DNA of 64,000 bases, taken from Monocercomonoides exilis PA203. Taxonomy: Eukaryota > Protista > Preaxostyla. A program made the position numbers and the translations under genes. How positions within the stretch are numbered: the first letter of the stretch is position 1; each line of letters opens with the position of its first letter. The notes under the pieces are model-generated. The model ran no database searches. It was not told the DNA's origin and saw nothing but the letters and a program-made list of their open reading frames with translations. This document shows, in pieces, positions 13,601 to 25,336 of this stretch. Where the stretch lies: NCBI GenBank assembly GCA_001643675.2, contig LSRY02000048.1:620001-684000 (forward strand), written 5' to 3'.

Positions 13601-16026
13601 TTGCCTTTTGCACGAATCCTACTGACATGCTGTCAGCGAAAACTTGGTGTAGAATAAGTCTTTGAAAAGGCGTTAATTTGGAGAATATGAATTTTCATTT
13701 GTAATCATGGCCAGCTTCATAATGGATTCTTTGCGTTCGATGAAGTTCTTTGCAAGCCATTAATTGACAATTTGTCTGCTTTTTTGTGAAGTTGAGAAGA
13801 AATTTTGGAGAGCAAGAAAACCTGCTGGGCTGATTATTATCAATCCATTGGAGATAGGAAAATATTTCAAGACCAAAAAGATGGTTTGACTTTTTTTGTT
13901 TTGTTCATTTTTCTTTTAAGATGTTCTTTGAATGAATTCAGATTGGTTACGAACAGGAATACCATGGAGAGAAACCTTTTTATCCTTTTTCAAAAGAGCC
14001 AGAAGTTTTGAAATTAATCTTGTTTGGATTGCATTCAACGATAACATTCGTGACTTCCGCCATCTGTCTTGCAAGCTGTACAACTTGACAATGCTTGACT
14101 TGAGCTTAAAAGAGAAAAGTTGTTTGTTTGGAATATTTGCAATGAAAGTGTTTTGTTGAAGCGACTTTTTTGTCAGAGCTGATGATCTGGCTATGCATTC
14201 ACTTTCAGAGCATATTCTGTTTTTTCAAGTGATTCATCGTTCCTTTTCGTCATTTCAAGAATTGTTTGATGGAAATAGCCATTTTGATGCTTTTATGGAA
14301 AGATTTGCAATTTCTGGTGAAATCACAGAATTTGAGTTGGAGTTGGAGGATTTCCAAAAGGAGAGGAGAAAGGAAGGAGATGGAGAATTGGCGAAAAAAC
14401 AAGGAAAAAACATTTTGAGCGAGGAAAGTGGCGTTGAGAAAGAAGGAAGGGAAGAACAGAAAAAAGAGAAGAGAGAGCAAGAACCTAACAATTTTAGCGA
14501 GAGATTAATTCCTGTGGAGAAAGAAAGAGAGAGAGAAAATAGAATTTGAGAGAGGGAAATAGAGAAAAGGCAGAATGGATGAATCAGACACAAAAGGCAC
14601 AAGAGAGTGCAAGTGGAATAAGAGAGAAAGAGAAGAAAGGAAGCGAATGCAACAAAGGAAGAAATTGGAAAGAAGAAAACAAGCTGAATCAGAAGAAAGG
14701 GAAGAGAGAGAGAAAGGCAGAGAAATAGATGCATCATTTGAAGAACTTTTAGCGAAAAATTTGGAAACGACGCAATTGAATCCATTGTGGAAAAAGAAGA
14801 AGAGAAAGAAGAAGAGAAAGAAAGAAAGAAAGAAAGAGAAGACGAACTATCTCGTTTGAAGATTCGTTCACTTTTCATGGAACGAAGAATGAAGAAAGCA
14901 GAAGAAAAGAAGAAGACTGAAAAGATATCAGCCTTGGGAAAAGAAGAAGAAAACACTTGAATCAATTATTCCGACAAACATACTAATAGATCTAATGAAA
15001 AGGAGAATTTTCATGGGGGAAAAAATGAAAATGATCATGAGAAGAAAAAGAAGCAGAAAGATAATGAAAAATCAAAGAAAATCAAACGAAGATGGATATT
15101 TCTCCATCGTTATTAATTCTCTGAATATAGTTCTCAGATGCGTACTCATGAGATTTTGAGGCTATCAGCAGAAAAAGTGAAGAGACTAAGAAAATAAAGG
15201 AAATTGAGAAAGAAGAAATATAACAAACAGACGATTTATGCAAAAAAAGGACAGAATTTACCGAGAAAAGAGAGATGGAAGAAAAGATTAAACTGATAAA
15301 GTTAAAGAAGGGAAAAGATGAACGGAGATGATGAAAAATGAAAAGAGAGGGAATATTGAATTGAAAAAGATAACACACAAAACGTTTTTGGCATTTTTTC
15401 ATTTACAAAACAACAGCTATACGCTCAGAAAAAGATATTTTTTTTCCTTTTTTTATCATCATCCTCATCCCCGTCTCGTTGCTGTGGTGCTGCTTTGCCA
15501 TCTTTTTCATTTGGGCCAGTTGTTGTTGGATGCATGTTGCTCACTTCATTCTCCTCTTTGGCGTCTGTTGCGGAAGCGTCGTATTCCACTGTCACATGCT
15601 CTGCATCTGAATTATCCAAATCATTATCTTATTCTTTCCCTTTGTTTTCATTACCCGCAAAGCGATAGGAATGTCTGTTTTTATTTTCTTTTATTTTGAT
15701 CGTTTTTTCGATTTATCTGATCATTCATTTGTTTGTTTGATAATTCTCATTCCCCTTTTCATCGCTTATGTTTGGAAAGAATTTTTGGAGAAAGAATTTA
15801 TTTTTCAATGGAATCGAAACATTTTCGTAACATGTGTTTATTTTTTTGTATGAATTTGAAAAATAAAATTTAACAGTATAAAAACAAAATCAGAAGTCCA
15901 TTTAAGTCGCATTTCGAAAGATAAAATCAACTTTTCTTGAAAACAGAAAAAAGAAGAACAGGTATTTTGCTCAAATCTAATGAAGTTCAAAGACAAAAAC
16001 ACAAGATGAATCAAAAAGTCATTGAC

Positions 16027-17501
16027 TTAGCAATAAATGAAATAATCATCAATGTTTTCAACCAAAAAATAGGAAGAGAATTCGACTTCATTCATGCAAC
16101 AGCGCAGCCCGATGATGCAATCTTCATATCCTTCTTCCTCTAACTTTTCATGTGCTTTTCTTTTCAACTCATTTATTTTCGCTTCATCACTTTCTATTTC
16201 TCTTTTGCTATTTAATCTTTCGCAAAGGATTTTGAAAAAATGCAAATAATCCGAAGTTTGTTCATTGACCACATGTAATTGCGTAACCTCCTCTAAAACA
16301 GCATCAACAGCTTCGCTTTCCAACAAGTCTTCAATCTTCACAACTCTATTTTCTGCTGCGCTTCTCAAGAAATAAATGCACAACTCACTAATTTCTCCGT
16401 GGTTTTCCTTTGCTGCTCGAAGCACCTGAATAATGCTTCTGATAAGCTCAATGAATTCGTCGTTCCACAATGTGCACGATTCAATGAAAAATCCCAACGT
16501 TCTGATCCATCTCTTTGAAATATTTGCTTCTTTCATTTCTTCTCTGCTCATTTCCTCTTTTTTCTTCTTCCAATCCACACATTTCGATAATTCTTCAAGC
16601 TCCTTTGCTGCCTCTGTCACAAAATGCCGCTCGTTTACAATTAACCTTTCCAAGTCTTCGTCACAGAACAATCTGTTTATCAAAAACTTCCAAGCAGATT
16701 GATAGCCAATGCGTGACAGATTGTAATGTTCCTGATGATTTTGGATGATCTCTTTGATTTCTTTCAAATACAGTTCTTGCCTTAAAAACTAATTAGAAAT
16801 CAGAAAATAGTAATAATATCAAAAAGGAAATAGCAATGTTCATACGTAATACCTGTCAATGTGACTTAAAGCCAAGAAAGCTATTTCCACTTCTTTTTGA
16901 GTCTCCTCGTTTCTCTCTTTCTTCGAGGCAGCTTTCAGAAGGCATGGCATAATTATTGAAACCATTTCAGTTGATATGATTCCATCATTCAGCAAAAGAT
17001 AGAATTTGCAAAGATTAGCAAGAAAATTTTCATTCTTTTCTTCTTTTTTTATGTTTTCAATAACAATCATCTTCTCAAATCTTTTGTTCAATGAAGATTC
17101 TTTGAAAGAATGTAATAAACATATTTTCGTCCCGTTGATGAATCCAATATGCTTCATCAACAAAAGAACATTTCCCATCGTCAATTTCTTAACTTCTATC
17201 ATTTCATCTATTTTGTTGAACAGTTCTTTTGTGAAAATTGATCTGAATTTTTCTTTATTCATTCCATCAACGTTTTCATTCATCTCTTTAATTTTCTGCT
17301 TCTGCTCTTCCTCATTGCAATCCTTAAGCTCAGAAAACATTTCTGAATAAAAAATTATAACAAAAAATGCAACAAACAAGTTTTAAAGTGTAACAACAAT
17401 TGCAAACCAGTGAACCATTTTGCTTCGTCTGTCAGCTGCATTTTAACACAAATGCAGTACAAGAAAACACCATTTTTTTCATTTTCATTGAACAAGTTCA
17501 T
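16027..17501 (-). CDS. Helical 3-exon family protein, copy 3, intact, about 450 aa
   Basis: Exons 17408-17501, 16846-17342 and 16027-16788 join in frame through GT-AG introns 17343-17407 and 16789-16845. Intron phases and the 497-nt exon 2 match copy 2. Confidence 0.85.
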
Positions 17502-17608
17502 GTTTTGAAAGAAGAAATAGATGAAAAATAAAAGCTTTAAAAAAGGAATAAAAAGATGTGCATTTATACCATTCCTTTTCCTGTTAATATCTCTGAAAAG
17601 TAACAATA

Positions 17609-17735
17609 GATGGAATTGAAATTAGAAATATTTATAGAAATAAATATAATTATTCGAATAATCAAAGTTTATTCCAGATAACTCCAGTTAATTCGAATAA
17701 AGAATTTTGATTCCGAAAAGACCAAGTTTATTTTT
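17609..17735. repeat. Degenerate ~20-bp tandem array, possibly an orphan TIR arm
   Basis: Units are tattcgaataatcaaagttt / attccagataactccagtta / attcgaataaagaattttga / ttccgaaaagaccaagttta. They are preceded by caata|gatggaattgaaat, which resembles the termini at 30415 and 33945. Confidence 0.4.
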
Positions 17736-18739
17736 TCATATATCCCTCAACAAATTTTTTTCTGATCCTTTTTGTTAATTTTAAAGTTCAGAACAATAAG
17801 AATACAAAAAGATAAGTGAATATTTTTGAAAGATGTTACATATGGGATAGAATTCAAGCACAAAAGATAAATACAATGATTCGTTCCAAACTTTTTCCAC
17901 GACCTTATCATCAAAAGTCTTTCATTCCCATGTAAAAAGAAAAGAAAAATTTAAAAGAAAAATAAGATAAAAAATGAAAATAAGATAAAAAAACATATTT
18001 TTTGATTTATTATATTAAAAAATTTATTTTAATTTATTTTTATTTTATTTTTCATCAGAAAAAAGTTTTAATGCTAAATGTCAATGTCATGATTAATTTT
18101 TGGAAAAGAAAAATATCTCGAATTTAATTGTAAGTTTCATGAAGTAGAATTATCTCTGGCATATGTAGTTAAAAGAAAAGGATTATCAAACAAATAAATA
18201 AATTCAAAACAGAAAGCCATTTCAACTATCCAAAATAAAACTCCAAAATAATGATTTAGACAATTGTAACTTTCCAGTAATGAAAATCAAAAACTGCAAA
18301 ACTTTTTTTGGAAAAAAAAAAAGAAAGAAAGAAATACATAGAATGTGATATTAAGCAAATCGAATAACAGATGGATATAAATGTGAGCTCTTTTCCTAAT
18401 TTTGAGAAAAATGTTAAAAACTGAGAAATTCACAAAAACATAACGAAAAATGTCTTTTCAAAATAAAATTTTGTGTTGAAAATATATCTTAATGAAAAAT
18501 ATTTCTAAAGTCAACAGAAGAAAAAGATGATTGAAAATAACAAATACATACATATAAATAAAACTCTTCGCAAAGTCTGAAAAGAAAAATCAAAATGTCA
18601 AAATAATTGAAATAAAGAAAAGTTTTCTTTGATCTCCAAAAAGTGTGTGATTTTTCAAAAGTTAAAAAAAAAGTTGAAGTAAACTTAAAGATCCAAAAAT
18701 AAATCGTATTTACTGTTTCTCTCATCAATTCTCCTCGTC

Positions 18740-21700
18740 CTAGATCGATTTGTATTGTCTTCGCTTCCTGTTTCTCACCACACAAACAACAATTACAACC
18801 GCCACAACTGCAGCAATAGAAAACACGCTCACAGACACAATGATTGACACCAGCTGGGCTGTTGTCAACTTCGGATCTTCTTTCTTCTGCTTTGCCAGAG
18901 TTATATAACCTGTGCTTTTTTCTCCTTTTGTAATTCCGCTCGGATATCTCAGCCGGCAAACCAACGATGTGTACTCGTCGCCATCCAGCAGCGATGGAGG
19001 AATCTCCACTCTCGTCTCTGTCTCGTTCACATACTCAGAAACAGGGCATTCAATCCACTCCTTTATTTTTCCCATTCTTTTCTTCGATGCTTCAACTATA
19101 AGTTCGCATGGAAACAGATAACACCCCTGAATCACAGCGCGTGCTCCTTCGTCTGACTCGATTATTCGACCTTTTCCTTGCTCTGCTGTCTCCTTGGCCT
19201 TTTTGATCATCGTTGCATTCTTCAAAACAGGACTGAAGAAATACGAGTCCATATTTTCTGCTGCTTGTCCACCAACCTCTCCTTCCACAAGCATCCCAAA
19301 TGGCTTCCCTTCCAATCCATCACTTCCAGCCGCCAGGCTGTTGATGAAAACTTGATTATATCCCATGCTGTCCAGGAATCGAATGTTGTTGTGCAATGAT
19401 GCAAACTTTTCCCAATTCTTGCCAATCGGGTGATTGTTCACAAAGCTGCAGTTGTTCAAGCTCAGACGGGAATGCAAGGAATAGATCACTCCTTCGCTGA
19501 TGTCCAAAAATGAGCTGTCATTGATGGTAATGTGAAACATTTCATATGTGCAAAGCAATCCAGAATCCCACGAACACAGCAGATTTTCCTCTTCTCCGAT
19601 TTCATTCTTCTGATCGCTGATTGTAAATGATTCCTCGAATTTCAAAAGGCTGCTCTTCTCCTCTCCTTCTTTCTCATCTTTGCATTCGTTGTGCTGCTTG
19701 CTGCTTGTGATGTTTCCGTTTCTCCCGTTAATGACCAGCTGCGAAAATGTATTCGATCCTTGGCTGGACACTATCAGCCTGTACGGAAGAGCTCTTCCTT
19801 CCCCCCCTTTCACATTTTCTCCTTTCAAGCCTGTGTACCACGGCCTGAAGACAACATCTGTTAATTTCAAGTTGCGTTTCGAATAGATCACATCCAGCGC
19901 GTCTCCTTCAATGGCATCTGGATACTCGATGTCAATGTGCTCAAACTTCAGATAATAATTGTCCATATAAAACACAGCTGTTGACTCCTCCGCTTTCATA
20001 TTCGCCCCAATTCGAAGGATGCCCCGATTCTTCTTTACAGCTGAGAACATTTTTGAAGCTGTGCCAGATCCCTGTTCCCATTTAGATGATAATTCAGATG
20101 AAGGTTCAGACGCAGAAGTCAGTGTTATGTCCTTGTCAATCAAAAACGGCTCGTTTACGAAAACTCTTCCAATCACATACATCGTCATAACTTCAATATG
20201 GATTCCATGCTTGATGGCTGTGCTGAGCAGATCGCACGGTCTTTCTTTTGCCCCACAGACCTTGTCGTCGCTCGCCTTCGCTCCTCCAACATAAATATTC
20301 TGAGAATGGTACGGCAGTCTGTTCGCTTCGTCGCTCAGAAGATCAACAACATTCGCCTCTCCCCCTTTCCTTTCTTCCAAAAGCATCAGATTCGCTTTTC
20401 CATATATCTCTTCCATCTCAAATTCAAACAACTCCTCTTTTATCTGCTTCCTTCCGCTCGGAAACGAAAGATACACAAGCTCTCCTCGGTCTGCCCAGCA
20501 CTCACTAAATCTCATCCCGTTCAATCTCAAATTCACTGCTCCTGTGATTTCATCAGCAGCCCAAATAAACATCGCTCCGCCTTTCGACTCTTCGTTCAGC
20601 ATCAACCCCTGTTCATCTGAAGTCATTTGCGCACCTTTGCACGAGCAATTTTTGAATTCAGCACCGTAAAAGCTGTAATAATTCCCATTCCCAATCTCCA
20701 AATGCAGCACTCCTCCCAGTCGATGTTCCGTTGATCTGCAGTTAGAAAACTTTCCATCGTCAAAGCTCAGATGCTCGCACTCCGCCAAAATAGTAATAAT
20801 TGACTGTGTTGTGCTCGTTGAAGAGATTGTGTCCATGTTCAATCTAATAAAATCAATATATTTCGCAGCTTCCACCAAGACGAGTGCAAAAGAAGATGTG
20901 AAATGAGAGATAAAGACTTCATTCAGAGTGAGCTTTCCCATTTTGCATTCGATCAGCACACAGTTTAGAATCTGTTGAGAATCGGTGCACGAGATGTTCA
21001 CTCGGTAGATGTCAGCACACGCCCTGTCTCCATCACACACAAACAGGCCATTGTCTCTCCCGCTCTGTCTCGTTGTATCCACTTGCACATCTGCTCTGTA
21101 CAGCCCAAAATTCGCATTTTGCCGCACATTAAACAGTCCCTCGCCCGGATGCGCCTTCGCTTCGTCCAGCGCTGTTGTGATGCTGATGACGTTTTTTTTT
21201 CTGTTTGTGACTGTGGCAGACCTCTCTTCAATCATTATTGGCTCTGCGTCGTATTTGTTGCCGTCTTCTGCTGCATACACAGTAAATGCTCTGCCTGGAA
21301 GGCATTTCAAGAGAGCTTGCTTCATCGTCTTGCAAGGTCTTTTCCTCATTTTGCCACATTCCGCGCTGTCTTCTCCATTTTCTCCATCGACATCGATATC
21401 CAGCGTGTCAAAGCGCAGCCAGTCCTCATAAAATACAATTGCTCCATCTTTCTTTATCGCTCCAACTCGATGGTCTTTCGTCACGCTGAAGGAATCTGCG
21501 TCAAAAGGCGTTCGGCTCATTTCAACGTCTCCTTCACTGCACAGCGCAAGATCATTTCCGCACTGTCCTGCTGAATTGCCTCTGAAGAAACAGTTTTTGA
21601 ACAAAATTTCGTCGATCAGCCTTGTCTCTTCTCCCAAATGTATTGCCATCCCTCCGCCTGTCTTTGCCTTGCATCCCCGAAATGTGCCGTTTCTGCATTC

Positions 21701-22834
21701 AAATCCTGCCATCTGCGTCAGATCACGTATCGCCAGCCCTCCTCCATCCGCAGCTGCCTCACAGCTGCGAAACTCCACATTTTCCAACTTCACTTTCCCT
21801 TTCATTGCGCCAATCATCGCCCCTCCCCCACGAACAGCCCTTCCCCAGTCAAATATTGTATCGACAATGTTCAGTTCACTCTCCGGGTGCATCATCTCAA
21901 AATAGATGCAGCCACCATTTTCTGATTTCTGCGATTGCATCGAAGATATCTTGCATTCAGATATAGTAATCGCCACTTTTTTGTCTGCCCCACTTTTCGC
22001 TTCGAGCAGCGCTGGCCCTGCATTTCCCCTCTCAACAGAGCCAAAGTGGCTTCCTTCCAGTGTGAACGAAGACCGAAGTTCCAGGGCACATTCTTTGTCG
22101 AGCTTTGCATGGTCCATTTGAAGACTCTTCAATTTTTGAACAGCAACATCTTCGGATATGTGCAGGATGGCCACACTAGAAAGATAGTAATACCCCAAGA
22201 AACCCCAATGAAATCCATCAATTGACAATTTTCCTTCTGTTATTCTCAATATCGAAAATGGCGCATATTCATCTGTCCATTTTTGAAAACATATTCCAAC
22301 ATGCCTCATCGTCAAGGCTCCCCCAACGCCCCTAGAAAGAATCACCGCGGAAGAGGCGTCTGCTTCCTTTGATAGCTTATCAGTTTTGAATGGAATAAGA
22401 TTAAACATCAAATGTTCCAGCGTCAGTGTTTTCTCATTCACCATGTGGAACTCCCCTTTCGCAACAATGCCATCCAATTCAAAATCGAGTGTTTTGCCCG
22501 CGCCCTGCTTCGATGCTGCTGCTATCCCAAGGCTGAAATCTTTCAAAAACTGAAAACCGTATGGAATTTCAGCGGAATCAACAATTTTGACGGACTTATC
22601 CCCAGGACCTTCCCCAAGCAGCTCAATCCCTTTCGCAATTGTTTTGCACGGATCCGCTTCACTTCCACAGTTCTGCTTCGAATCGTCTCCTTTTTCAGAA
22701 ATAAAAACGGCATCAACAGCTGCCTCGGGACGGCCATCGGAAAATGCATTTGACCAATTTTTGTTATCGCGCTGCGGAGCGGGACAACTGGCAAACAGAC
22801 AGTTCGCGAGAATCAAAGTCAAAAACATTTTCAT
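18740..22834 (-). CDS. Large Cys-rich type-I surface protein (beta-helix/Pmp-like repeats), 1364 aa
   Basis: Single intronless ORF with a signal peptide (MKMFLTLILANCLFA). It has three CG-x(4-5)-PC modules and repeated GG(G/A)-hydrophobic plus FxxC motifs. The C-terminal TM helix is followed by the tail RNRKRRQYKSI*. Confidence 0.9.
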   Translation of the reverse strand: MKMFLTLILANCLFASCPAPQRDNKNWSNAFSDGRPEAAVDAVFISEKGDDSKQNCGSEADPCKTIAKGIELLGEGPGDKSVKIVDSAEIPYGFQFLKDFSLGIAAASKQGAGKTLDFELDGIVAKGEFHMVNEKTLTLEHLMFNLIPFKTDKLSKEADASSAVILSRGVGGALTMRHVGICFQKWTDEYAPFSILRITEGKLSIDGFHWGFLGYYYLSSVAILHISEDVAVQKLKSLQMDHAKLDKECALELRSSFTLEGSHFGSVERGNAGPALLEAKSGADKKVAITISECKISSMQSQKSENGGCIYFEMMHPESELNIVDTIFDWGRAVRGGGAMIGAMKGKVKLENVEFRSCEAAADGGGLAIRDLTQMAGFECRNGTFRGCKAKTGGGMAIHLGEETRLIDEILFKNCFFRGNSAGQCGNDLALCSEGDVEMSRTPFDADSFSVTKDHRVGAIKKDGAIVFYEDWLRFDTLDIDVDGENGEDSAECGKMRKRPCKTMKQALLKCLPGRAFTVYAAEDGNKYDAEPIMIEERSATVTNRKKNVISITTALDEAKAHPGEGLFNVRQNANFGLYRADVQVDTTRQSGRDNGLFVCDGDRACADIYRVNISCTDSQQILNCVLIECKMGKLTLNEVFISHFTSSFALVLVEAAKYIDFIRLNMDTISSTSTTQSIITILAECEHLSFDDGKFSNCRSTEHRLGGVLHLEIGNGNYYSFYGAEFKNCSCKGAQMTSDEQGLMLNEESKGGAMFIWAADEITGAVNLRLNGMRFSECWADRGELVYLSFPSGRKQIKEELFEFEMEEIYGKANLMLLEERKGGEANVVDLLSDEANRLPYHSQNIYVGGAKASDDKVCGAKERPCDLLSTAIKHGIHIEVMTMYVIGRVFVNEPFLIDKDITLTSASEPSSELSSKWEQGSGTASKMFSAVKKNRGILRIGANMKAEESTAVFYMDNYYLKFEHIDIEYPDAIEGDALDVIYSKRNLKLTDVVFRPWYTGLKGENVKGGEGRALPYRLIVSSQGSNTFSQLVINGRNGNITSSKQHNECKDEKEGEEKSSLLKFEESFTISDQKNEIGEEENLLCSWDSGLLCTYEMFHITINDSSFLDISEGVIYSLHSRLSLNNCSFVNNHPIGKNWEKFASLHNNIRFLDSMGYNQVFINSLAAGSDGLEGKPFGMLVEGEVGGQAAENMDSYFFSPVLKNATMIKKAKETAEQGKGRIIESDEGARAVIQGCYLFPCELIVEASKKRMGKIKEWIECPVSEYVNETETRVEIPPSLLDGDEYTSLVCRLRYPSGITKGEKSTGYITLAKQKKEDPKLTTAQLVSIIVSVSVFSIAAVVAVVIVVCVVRNRKRRQYKSI

Positions 22835-25336
22835 AGAAAGACAATTGGTTGTTGATCAACAAAAAGAAAATTATTATCAAAAGTGTAATTGTTCTTTAAA
22901 ATTCTTTTTGCGTCTTTCTTTTTGGAAATATTGCACCATGCTCCAGATATTTTTTTTCTTCCTGGGGTCGCAGTTTTTACATTTCGGAATGCATATCAGA
23001 AAGAAAAAACAACATATTTTCTGCTGTTTGAGTAAGAAGAAAAAGAGACATATTTTTGTGTCGACGAATAATATTTCATTTTTATACTGTAATATTTTTC
23101 CTTCCACTTTTTGTATGTTTCATTTAAAAAAAATAACAACAAATCATTCATTCAAAGAAAATGAATCGAAACAGTTGCTTCAAAACAAAAATTGCAACAA
23201 AGCAAGAATCTCAAAAACAACTTTTTCATTTGATTCTTTCATTTGTGTCACACGAGAAGGGATTCTTTGAAAAGGAAGATAAAAGCTTATGTGGTGCTGT
23301 TTTCCCAGCGAATGAGGGCAACTGAGGCTTTGGAGAGGCGTGAAACTATTCTGATTGGCCCATTGATATTCACTCGCTCCGATCTTCTTCGCGATGACAT
23401 TCATCCCATTTGCTCTGGAAAGCCAGCACTTCATATGTTGAAGCAGAATCGATTTTCCTGATGATGGAGCTTCCCATTTTTTTCTTTTCTTCCATCGCAG
23501 CTTCCTCTCTTGGGTTGTGTTTGGCCATCAGTTTCTCTTCATTGTTGATTCTGCCTTCAAGCAATCGCTTTTCCCCCTTCTCTCCCAGAAATCTTGAATC
23601 GGTGCACTCTGGTGCGTTCGTCCTCTCTCTTTCCTCTTCTCATCGACACCTTCAAATGTGCCTGCGTCTCTCAATAACTTGAACCGTATCCACGTCATCC
23701 ACACGTCCTACGCTGCTGGTGCTGACTGAACGGTCATTCGGAACATCAGAAGGGCCACCACACAGAACAGCATGCTCGCGTCAGTCACAAACAGAACACG
23801 CAAAGCAGCAGAGACTTCTTTTTGCAAATGCTCATCTCACAGCATGCCCACAGCTCCAGAAACAGAACAGACAAAGGAATCGCCAATGTTGCAAAGCAGA
23901 GACCTCCACAATTCATTCCCATCTGCTGCTATTTGGATCATCAAAAAAAGGTCAATCGCCAAATACATACGCACACCCGCACACGCGCGCAGTGAACAGC
24001 AGAAGGCAAAACAAAGCAAATGGCAGTTCGTTTTCTTGAGACAAGAACAATAGAATATTATTCATGACAGTTGTGAGTGAATGTCTGCAGATGGCTGAGG
24101 AAAGGGAATTTGGTTGAAAGGGAAGCAAGTATGAAGGAGATAAAGACGAGCCGCTGTTGAAGAAGATGCGCAGAATCCAGCGGATGCAGAAACAGAAACA
24201 GAACAAGAAGAAGATGATGATGACGAGCTGAAATCGAATGATATTTTTTCAGGCCAAATGTTGAACATGGAACCGAAGAAGTTGTTGTGGAACAGAAACA
24301 TTTAAAACTGCCCTTGTGATAAATAACGGAAAGGCTGAAAACATGTTGCAAACAAAGCAAATCATGATTGATACAATTTTTTTTTCAAAAGAGTATAACA
24401 AAGCAGAAGATGCAAATCAATGTGGAGCAAAGCTTAGTAACACAATGAGAGACAACTTATCTTCGTTTGGATCGTTCCTTCAAAGGCTCGATTGCCTTCA
24501 TAATCGCAATGCACAAAATATTCTTCTGAGAAAAACTTCGATCATCCAATTCATTTCCTTCACTCATTTATTGTCATTTTCCTGCCTTCTAATTGGACAA
24601 CAGCTTTCTTTGTTGAAAACGCTCCAATATGTTTCTCTTCTTTTTCAAGAATTCCAAATTGAAAAACAACTTGTTTTCGCTCCTCTTAACACAGCTGTTA
24701 ATTCTTGCTAAACTTGTTTTCATCTCAATCACAGCAAAAGTTGAATGAAACTGCATTAAATCCGCATATTCCTTTGTTTTCAGTTTATTATTCTATTCAA
24801 AGCTCCTTTTCTTCCATATCCTGCTTCACAAAGCAAACTAATCACCTTTTCAAATGAAAATCAGACATTTCGCTTTTCAAAAGGCTGCAAATGGAAAGAT
24901 CTTCGCATTAATCGTGAGACTCTCATCATCTTGAACATGGCAATAAACAACAGAAACAATTGAAAATTGTTATTCATTCAAAGGTATTTCATATGAAATA
25001 ACAAGAAAATGAAAACCAAATTTGACGATTTCTTGTGATTGCCTCCGGCCATCACTGGAAATAATTCTCACGATTCAGAGACAGATAATGCATGATTATC
25101 TCTCACTTTGCAATGGACCGTTATGTTTTGAAAAATTAAAAATTAAAACAAAGCGATCCAAACAGCCATAACAACAAATCCAAATTGTTGAATCGTTGTT
25201 CTTCTTCTCAATTACTCTCCAAAAATATTAATATTTTAAAGATAAGTTTGAATACAGAAATTTAAATGACTGTGAACTCTTTTCATTTTTCAATTTTTCC
25301 GAACTGTTTTGTTTTGTATCTGTGTGCTTGAAGAAA

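Noticed and set aside
14984-14997. taata-gatc-taatg as an excision footprint of the GATA/TAWTA family
   Set aside because: Too short to distinguish from chance in AT-rich DNA.
11300-15700. Fragmented ORFs (11.4-12.3 kb, 13.1-15.4 kb E/K-rich, 15.4-15.65 kb acidic)
   Set aside because: There are many stops and frameshifts and no identifiable motif, so a gene model cannot be supported.
17650-17735. CRISPR-like array
   Set aside because: The units are degenerate and adjacent, with no unique spacers and no cas genes, in a eukaryotic context.
23180-24950. Minus-strand coiled-coil/Ser-rich coding-like remnant; similar unassigned fragment at 27890-28300
   Set aside because: No continuous frame or recognisable domain; left unannotated.
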